Of a stretch of 5,233 nt of DNA, positions 1 through 4,897 are shown piece after piece; the stretch's first letter is position 1; every line of letters starts with the position of its first letter. Source of the stretch: a virus (Duplodnaviria > Heunggongvirae > Uroviricota > Caudoviricetes); the IMG/VR virus record IMGVR_UViG_2660238548_000009, one strand, 5' to 3'. A program made the position numbers and the translations under genes. The notes under the pieces were generated by a model. The model was not told the origin of the DNA and did no database searches. It was given only the letters and a program-made list of their open reading frames with translations.

Positions 1-79
1 GTAATTTACGGGTGATTCGTTCAAGTAAAGATTCGGAAGGGCAGCCAGCAACAGGCCACCCTGCAATGGCATATTGCAT
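1..79 (-). CDS. cIII: cIII, 5' portion only (gene runs off the left edge of the window)
   Basis: Minus-strand translation from ATG at 79..77 gives MQYAIAGWPVAGCPSESLLERITRKL, which I recognise as the N-terminus of lambda CIII. SD AAGGAG (complement of 86..91) lies 6 nt upstream. Confidence 0.85.
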   Translation of the reverse strand, partial: MQYAIAGWPVAGCPSESLLERITRKL

Positions 80-151
80 GGTGTGCTCCTTATTTATACA
101 TAACGAAAAACGCCTCGAGTGAAGCGTTATTGGTATGCGGTAAAGCCGCGC

Positions 152-463
152 TTAGGCGGCTGATGTTTCTTCTTTCAGGCTTTCGAGATATTTACGTGGG
201 TCGTCGTAACATTGGCATTCGCTGTACCAATCCACCCAGCGATCAGTAAGCCCCATCTCTGATAAATCTTCATCGGTAAGGCTCTCATCCCACATCTCAA
301 GGCCGTTAGCATTGCAGTAATCAGGCTTGATGTTGTTGTCATACTGAAAGGCGTCATAATCAGCCAGTGCGTCCATCAGACGAACACCCTCTTCAACACT
401 TGCCACTTCTACAATGAACGGCTTCATAGGTACTTGCGGGATATGCCAGACACGTAATTTCAT
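152..463 (-). CDS. Hypothetical 103-aa early-left-operon protein in the position lambda uses for ea10; not homologous to lambda Ea10 as recalled
   Basis: ORF-track frame 152..517; I place the start at the internal ATG 463..461 (MKLRVWHIPQV...) because it has a strong SD GGAGG (complement of 468..472) and the upstream in-frame codons run through a terminator hairpin. Ends ...LKEETSAA, stop TAA. Confidence 0.6.
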   Translation of the reverse strand: MKLRVWHIPQVPMKPFIVEVASVEEGVRLMDALADYDAFQYDNNIKPDYCNANGLEMWDESLTDEDLSEMGLTDRWVDWYSECQCYDDPRKYLESLKEETSAA

Positions 464-475
464 ATATCCTCCGTC

Positions 476-504
476 AAAAAAATTGCCCTCACACTGGAGG
501 GCAA
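476..504 (-). terminator. Intrinsic terminator for leftward transcription (hairpin plus U7), lambda tL2-like position
   Basis: Minus-strand RNA reads UU-GCCCUC-CAGUGU-GAGGGC-AA followed directly by UUUUUUU (complement of A-run 476..482). Core stem 485..490/497..502, extendable by two A-U pairs. Confidence 0.5.
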
Positions 505-565
505 AGAAGATTTCCAATAATCAGAACAAGTCGGCTCCTGTTTAGTTACGAGCGACATTGCTCCG

Positions 566-592
566 TGTATTCACTCGTTGGAATGAATACAC
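566..592 (-). other. Perfect 9-bp inverted repeat (GTGTATTCA / TGAATACAC, 9-nt loop); possible RNA hairpin or processing site
   Basis: gtgtattca (566..574) is the exact reverse complement of tgaatacac (584..592). No U-tract follows on either strand, so it is not a canonical terminator. Confidence 0.4.
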
Positions 593-606
593 AGTGCTTA
601 TTCGTA

Positions 607-1077
607 CTAATAAAATACCCAATTTTCTGTTTCTTGGTTATGTCCAAAGTTATATTCAATATCTGGTGTTGATGTATCAATATTTTTCATCCCATCAACA
701 AGAGTTGATACAACAGCCAAATCTTGTTTTATTCTCATTAAATGGTATTTCTTCCGGCGCAATAAACTTTCAATAGCAAGTTTCTTCGTTGGGAATGCAA
801 AAGATCTTTCTGCATTTTTTGCTACTTTCTTAATTGCATATCTATTTCTCCTTTGTTTCCATTCCTGTAACCACTGATTTGGTGCTGGTTTAAAATTAAC
901 AATCCAATGCGCAGGAACCAACCATGCATAATGCTCTGTCTGATGAAAAGCTATATATTGAAGTGCGAATATTTTTATCCCATCTTCTTCAACTGTCGCC
1001 TGGAATCTCCAGAAAACAGGCATTCCATCATGTTCAGTTTCTAATTCAGGAAAAGGTACGCTCCATGATTTTGTCAT
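607..1077 (-). CDS. Hypothetical 156-aa protein, function unknown (occupies the ral/sieB slot downstream of N)
   Basis: ORF-track ORF with SD GAGGTGA (complement of 1081..1087) 6 nt upstream of ATG 1077..1075. Acidic N-terminal part and a strongly basic central segment (KQRRNRYAIKKVAKNAERSFAFPTKKLAIESLLRRKKYHLMRIKQ). Co-oriented with N. Confidence 0.65.
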   Translation of the reverse strand: MTKSWSVPFPELETEHDGMPVFWRFQATVEEDGIKIFALQYIAFHQTEHYAWLVPAHWIVNFKPAPNQWLQEWKQRRNRYAIKKVAKNAERSFAFPTKKLAIESLLRRKKYHLMRIKQDLAVVSTLVDGMKNIDTSTPDIEYNFGHNQETENWVFY

Positions 1078-1135
1078 ATCTCACCTCAAATAAGTGGTTT
1101 GCTGCCTAATTTCATTTTCTGGCGACCAACACAAG

Positions 1136-1519
1136 TCACCTCGCCGTCAGTTGTTTGGATTTCCGGTAGCCTGCCGCGTAAATGGCTACGTTTGGAAGAC
1201 ATACACCAGTTTCTGGTTGCTTATGTCCAAACTCATTCGCGTACACAATGGCCGCTCGCTCCAGATTGCGTCTGTATTCTTTCTGTTGCCAGATCACGTC
1301 CTGTGCCATGAACTTAATTGGCTTAGCGTCTTCTATACGCTCAGGCGTTTCGTGAGTACCTTTAGCCTGAATCTGCGCTCTGCTTAGAGTAGGGCGGTGT
1401 AATACTTCTGAACTTATTGCTTCTTCGCGGGCCAGTACGCCGTTAGCTAATGCCTTTACCTTTAAACGCTCACGACGACGAGAACGTGAATTGCCTTTGA
1501 ACTGAGTTCTGCGTGTCAT
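1136..1519 (-). CDS. N: N-type transcription antiterminator, non-lambda specificity (P22/21/H-19B-like)
   Basis: 127-aa product MTRRTQFKGNSRSRRRERLKVKA... has an N-terminal arginine-rich motif typical of N-family proteins. Start ATG 1519..1517 has SD AGGAGG (complement of 1525..1530). The 46 extra upstream codons of ORF 1136..1657 lack an RBS and lie in the PL leader. Sits immediately downstream of PL/OL. Confidence 0.8.
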   Translation of the reverse strand: MTRRTQFKGNSRSRRRERLKVKALANGVLAREEAISSEVLHRPTLSRAQIQAKGTHETPERIEDAKPIKFMAQDVIWQQKEYRRNLERAAIVYANEFGHKQPETGVCLPNVAIYAAGYRKSKQLTAR

Positions 1520-1675
1520 ATAGACCTCCTGATGAACTTTGGTGGTGTGGTAGGTGGGAGACCCATTTCGACCTACTTCAATTCGGCAATAGTCCCGCAG
1601 GCCTCGCCGCTTTACGTGCGACATATTCCCGTCCATGAACCCTTCACCACACCCCAAAGTTCACTTTGGTTATTG

Positions 1676-1690
1676 CGCTTTGTCAGCGCC
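1676..1690 (-). promoter_or_regulatory. nutL boxB-like RNA hairpin (GCGCU-GACAA-AGCGC)
   Basis: Minus-strand transcript carries GCGCUGACAAAGCGC (5-bp stem, 5-nt GNRA-like loop) about 60 nt downstream of the predicted PL start. It matches my recollection of the P22-type nutL boxB and fits the non-lambda N. No convincing boxA (CGCTCTTA-like) was found upstream. Confidence 0.55.
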
Positions 1691-1757
1691 GTAGATTCAT
1701 ATTCGAATCGTTGTATATTCACCGCCCTGGTGAGTAGTGCGTCCTGCTGATGTGTTT

Positions 1758-1786
1758 AGTATCACCGCCAGTGGTATTTGTGTCAA
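1758..1786 (-). promoter_or_regulatory. PL promoter (-35 TTGACA, -10 GATACT, 17-bp spacer)
   Basis: Minus strand: TTGACA is the complement of 1781..1786 and GATACT the complement of 1758..1763. Overlaps OL1/OL2 exactly as in lambda. Confidence 0.85.
1760..1776. promoter_or_regulatory. Operator OL1
   Basis: TATCACCGCCAGTGGTA, identical to lambda OL1 as recalled. Confidence 0.9.
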
Positions 1787-1800
1787 CACCGCTAGAGATA
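1784..1800. promoter_or_regulatory. Operator OL2 (one substitution relative to lambda)
   Basis: CAACACCGCTAGAGATA; lambda has CAACACCGCCAGAGATA. The C-to-T change at 1793 creates CTAG. Confidence 0.85.
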
Positions 1801-1803
1801 ATT

Positions 1804-1820
1804 CATCACCGCAGATGGTT
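1804..1820. promoter_or_regulatory. Operator OL3 (position-1 variant)
   Basis: CATCACCGCAGATGGTT; lambda has TATCACCGCAGATGGTT. Confidence 0.8.
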
Positions 1821-1970
1821 ATCTGTATGTTTTTTATATGAATTTATTTTTTGCAGGGGGGCATTGTTTGGTAGGTGAGAGATCAGAATTGCACTGTTTA
1901 GCAAGTTGTATCTATCAATTTTTCAATAAATACAATGAGTTATGTTTTTTTAGGTGGGGGATCGCGAGGC

Positions 1971-1996
1971 AAAGAAAACCCGGCGCTGAGGCCGGG
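1971..1996 (-). terminator. Intrinsic terminator ending the cI-linked operon (lambda timm-like)
   Basis: Stem CCCGGC (1979..1984) / GCCGGG (1991..1996) with a 6-nt loop. On the minus-strand RNA the hairpin is followed by UUUUCUUU (complement of 1971..1978). It lies immediately after the stop of the 55-aa ORF. Confidence 0.6.
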
Positions 1997-2161
1997 CTAG
2001 ATTTTAAAGTATTTATCTTTTAGAGATGTAGATGTAAAACTTTTCGCCTTTGAAAATTTTTTGTCATCAGAAGGGCTTATGAACTCATCTTTTTTGTAGG
2101 GAACCGCTAATGCTGCATCACGTCTGCGAGGCAGCTTGCTTACTTCCTCGCGCTTTTTCAT
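1997..2161 (-). CDS. Putative small lysine-rich protein (55 aa), not in the supplied ORF track
   Basis: Hand translation of the minus strand from ATG 2161..2159: MKKREEVSKLPRRRDAALAVPYKKDEFISPSDDKKFSKAKSFTSTSLKDKYFKI, stop TAG 1999..1997. The ATG lies 2 nt after the kinase stop (TGA-TC-ATG); weak SD AGGA 9 nt upstream. It fills the whole gap between the kinase and the terminator in AT-rich sequence. Confidence 0.35.
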   Translation of the reverse strand: MKKREEVSKLPRRRDAALAVPYKKDEFISPSDDKKFSKAKSFTSTSLKDKYFKI

Positions 2162-2163
2162 GA

Positions 2164-3210
2164 TCAGTTATCCTTTAATAACCTATACAGTTTTGTAGGG
2201 GTACATCCTGAGGATATTGTTAAGTTCGTAGCACGCCTTTTCCGCCCATCATCGTATAAACGAAAACCAGTAGTAGACGAATTTTCTGCGTCAAAAACTA
2301 TAGACAGTATAGCGTCCCCAGACTTTTTTTGCCATTCGCATGTGCCGTTAGTTGGTTTCGTCATCTGTAGACGCCAGTCAAGAACGCCATCACTTATAGC
2401 TGAGAGATCGTTTAGTACATCTAGTACGGATTGATATCTTTCATTTGGATCTACATGAATGCATTTGTTCACTATTGTTATTAATTTTTTATGTATATGG
2501 GGAGGATACTCTTTTAATGGATAGCAGCCATTAATTATCGACTCTCTGAGTTGTTCAATCGTGCTAAATGCAGATCTTTCTCTTTCAAAATTATCATGTC
2601 CAACACACATTCTATATATGGTTAATCCTGCCTGATATATGTCATATGTGAAATTATAATCATTTGTTGATAAAGAAAAATATTCCGGTGGCACATGAAA
2701 ATGATATCCAAACTCAGGCGCAGCTCTCGATTCCTCATTGACTAACTGAGATAATCCAAAGTCAGATAGCATGGCCTCATTTCTGTTTGATATCATAATG
2801 TTATTAGGTTTTATATCAAAATGCATAAGACCTTTTGAGTGTATATGATAAAGTCCACTTAAAAATTGAATGGAATACCGTATTATCTCCCTGCTTGTAA
2901 GATTATTTTTTTTCATTAATTGGTTTAGCGAACCATTATGATAAAATGGCATGGCTATATAGATATTGCTCTCACATTGAGCAGCATACTGAACTTGCAC
3001 AATATTTGGATGTGCATGTTTATAGAGAAGCCTTGCTTCATTAAAGTAGTCGTCGTGGTTAGTGTTTTCTTTTTTTTCTATTTCTTTAATCACCAAGTCA
3101 TGAGCTAGGTGTCTGTCATGAGCCAGATATACTTTTGAAAAACAACCCTGTTCTTCTAGATCACTAATCCATTCGAATTCTACATCAGCTCTTTTGTATG
3201 GAGTTAGCAT
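2164..3210 (-). CDS. Eukaryotic-like (Hanks-type) Ser/Thr protein kinase, 348 aa, with a roughly 80-aa non-kinase C-terminal extension
   Basis: Kinase subdomain motifs in canonical order: degenerate Gly loop QGCFSKV (res 21-27); VIK with catalytic Lys42 (codon 3085..3087); catalytic loop HFDIKPNN with Asp132 (2815..2817), the D-x-K-x-x-N form typical of Ser/Thr kinases; DFG 150-152 (2755..2763); PPE 174-176; DIYQAG; HVDPNER. SD GGAGG upstream; the start overlaps the stop of the upstream gene. Confidence 0.9.
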   Translation of the reverse strand: MLTPYKRADVEFEWISDLEEQGCFSKVYLAHDRHLAHDLVIKEIEKKENTNHDDYFNEARLLYKHAHPNIVQVQYAAQCESNIYIAMPFYHNGSLNQLMKKNNLTSREIIRYSIQFLSGLYHIHSKGLMHFDIKPNNIMISNRNEAMLSDFGLSQLVNEESRAAPEFGYHFHVPPEYFSLSTNDYNFTYDIYQAGLTIYRMCVGHDNFERERSAFSTIEQLRESIINGCYPLKEYPPHIHKKLITIVNKCIHVDPNERYQSVLDVLNDLSAISDGVLDWRLQMTKPTNGTCEWQKKSGDAILSIVFDAENSSTTGFRLYDDGRKRRATNLTISSGCTPTKLYRLLKDN

Positions 3211-3665
3211 CCCCTTACCTCCGCAGATAGTGCAGCCAAAACAGCTTCATTTGTTTCAGTTGTAAAACCAGAATTATCGATTCCATTTATATTGCGGTGT
3301 GACTTCAATATTTCTTTATACTCGATCTCTGTTAGGTTCAATGATGATTTCATGCCAGATTTTCTAATAGTGTAATATTTTCTTACATCACTGCTTGAAA
3401 ATGCTTCTTGAATAACAGCTTCTATATAAAGGCGGTCAATGCTAAGATTATCAGAGTTTGATTCAGTAACGCGTATGGCAGCTAATTCAACATTATATAA
3501 ATTAAGAATGTCGAGGATGTTATTTCTCACATACTTTAATTTTTCTGGTGTGTCTAAGGTCGAAGGTATTTTAATGACATCAACACATTTGAGTGCAGAC
3601 TCATTAGTGCAATATACAACAAAAGATGTAACTTTGGGCGCCGCTCTAACACCTAGTATTCTCAT
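3204..3665 (-). CDS. Hypothetical 153-aa protein, translationally coupled to the kinase; possible RNase H-like/RuvC-like fold (weak, by eye)
   Basis: ORF-track ORF. Its stop TAA (3206..3204) overlaps the kinase ATG (3210..3208) as ATGCTAA. Segments MRILGVRAAPKVTSFVVY, PEKLKYV...LAAIRV and NEAVLAALSAE resemble the RuvC segments ILGIDPGSRVTGYGV, PSRLKLI...FAIEQV and DAADALAIAI, but Arg sits where the first two catalytic acidic residues would be. Confidence 0.7.
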   Translation of the reverse strand: MRILGVRAAPKVTSFVVYCTNESALKCVDVIKIPSTLDTPEKLKYVRNNILDILNLYNVELAAIRVTESNSDNLSIDRLYIEAVIQEAFSSSDVRKYYTIRKSGMKSSLNLTEIEYKEILKSHRNINGIDNSGFTTETNEAVLAALSAEVRGC

Positions 3666-3716
3666 TTTTTATATCCTATTTTAGAATCAGGCCGCATCTC
3701 TGCGACCATCCATCAT

Positions 3717-3731
3717 CCAAACGTCTCTTCA
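3717..3731. repeat. 15-bp direct repeat, copy 1 (ccaaacgtctcttca), downstream of the 113-aa gene
   Basis: Exact 15-nt match to 4088..4102. On the minus strand it reads TGAAGAGACGTTTGG followed by ATGA, i.e. a copy of the cI C-terminal codons EETFG plus an in-frame stop. Confidence 0.9.
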
Positions 3732-3732
3732 C

Positions 3733-4074
3733 TCATCCGAAGAAGCAGCAATCCGGGTCAGCACGCACAAGCTCAAGCGCATCAGTCAGCGAAAGTTCAG
3801 TACTGTACTGATGCCATTTCATATCCTTCCGCATCCAATAGATTTTCCATCTATCCAGAGAACGTATGTACTTGATTCTTGCTGATGGCAGGATGTTTGT
3901 TTCACCTGGGTTGCCCTGCCACACGGGGCGCTGTTCGCCGATATCTATCGTTTGGTCATTGATGCTATAAACAATATCCAGTTCATTGCGGATATGTTCA
4001 GGCGGCCTTATGCTTTCAATGAATTGGTGAACTTCTTTTTTGACCGCTTGATATTCAAGGTCAGTGAACGCCAT
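3733..4074 (-). CDS. Hypothetical 113-aa protein, first gene downstream of cI (occupies the rexA position)
   Basis: ORF-track ORF. ATG 4074..4072 lies 9 nt after the cI stop with a strong SD GAGGAGGA (complement of 4078..4085) inside the cI 3' end. W/Y-rich (WKIYWMRKDMKWHQY), ends in CCFFG. No motif I can assign. Confidence 0.7.
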   Translation of the reverse strand: MAFTDLEYQAVKKEVHQFIESIRPPEHIRNELDIVYSINDQTIDIGEQRPVWQGNPGETNILPSARIKYIRSLDRWKIYWMRKDMKWHQYSTELSLTDALELVRADPDCCFFG

Positions 4075-4083
4075 CTATCCTCC

Positions 4084-4800
<717 letters not shown>

Positions 4801-4803
4801 TTA

Positions 4804-4832
4804 AATCTATCACCGCAAGGGATAAATATCTA
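4804..4832 (-). promoter_or_regulatory. PRM promoter (-35 TAGATA, -10 TAGATT, 17-bp spacer)
   Basis: Minus strand: TAGATA is the complement of 4827..4832 and TAGATT the complement of 4804..4809. The -10 ends 7 nt before the cI ATG, consistent with a leaderless cI mRNA. Confidence 0.85.
4808..4824. promoter_or_regulatory. Operator OR3
   Basis: TATCACCGCAAGGGATA, identical to lambda OR3 as recalled. Confidence 0.9.
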
Positions 4833-4847
4833 ACACCGTGCGTGTTG
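4831..4847. promoter_or_regulatory. Operator OR2
   Basis: TAACACCGTGCGTGTTG, identical to lambda OR2 as recalled. Confidence 0.9.
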
Positions 4848-4873
4848 ACTATTATACCTCTAGCGGTGATAAT
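4845..4873 (+). promoter_or_regulatory. PR promoter (-35 TTGACT, -10 GATAAT, 17-bp spacer)
   Basis: TTGACT at 4845..4850 and GATAAT at 4868..4873, overlapping OR2/OR1. SD AGGAGG at 4888..4893 precedes cro. Confidence 0.9.
4855..4871. promoter_or_regulatory. Operator OR1 (one substitution relative to lambda)
   Basis: TACCTCTAGCGGTGATA; lambda has TACCTCTGGCGGTGATA. The G-to-A change at 4862 creates CTAG. Confidence 0.85.
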
Positions 4874-4897
4874 GATTGCCTGTACTAAGGAGGTTGT

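Noticed and set aside
175-357. Minus-strand 60-aa ORF 175..357
   Set aside because: Alternative frame inside the 103-aa gene; no independent start signal.
152-517. The 121-aa ORF start at 517 for the ea10-slot gene
   Set aside because: The extra 18 codons run through the terminator hairpin and U-tract (476..504) and lack an RBS; the ATG at 463 has a GGAGG SD at ideal spacing.
558-1387. Plus-strand ORFs 558..776, 924..1109, 1094..1387 and 1099..1311
   Set aside because: They lie antisense to the better-supported minus-strand genes (156-aa gene and N), have no convincing RBS and run against the operon orientation set by PL; likely shadow ORFs.
1136-1657. The full 173-aa ORF as the N gene (start at 1657)
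   Set aside because: The upstream 46 codons (MGCGEGFMDGN...) overlap the PL leader and nutL boxB and have no RBS. The internal ATG at 1519 has a strong AGGAGG SD and gives an N-terminal arginine-rich motif typical of N proteins.
1532-1750. Plus-strand 72-aa ORF in the N leader
   Set aside because: The region is the PL leader containing the boxB hairpin; the ORF is antisense to the PL transcript and has no promoter or RBS support.
1838-2023. Plus-strand 61-aa ORF between OL and the kinase operon
   Set aside because: It spans the terminator hairpin and lies in a spacer that matches lambda non-coding sequence as recalled; no RBS; likely spurious.
3204-3665. Calling the 153-aa protein an active Holliday-junction resolvase or nuclease
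   Set aside because: The RuvC-like resemblance is by eye only and the first two catalytic acidic positions appear to be Arg; an active nuclease call is not supportable without profile or structure evidence.
3666-3732. Internal promoter or terminator in the gap between the 113-aa and 153-aa genes
   Set aside because: Only a weak -10-like TAAAAT with a poor -35, and an imperfect hairpin (GGUCGC/GCGGCC with a G-U pair) lacking a U-tract; insufficient evidence for either.
1997-4083. rexA/rexB homologs in the cI-to-terminator interval
   Set aside because: Looked for specifically. None of the four ORFs resembles RexA (about 279 aa) or RexB (about 144 aa, multi-pass membrane protein) in size pattern or obvious hydrophobic character; the interval is occupied by the kinase operon instead.
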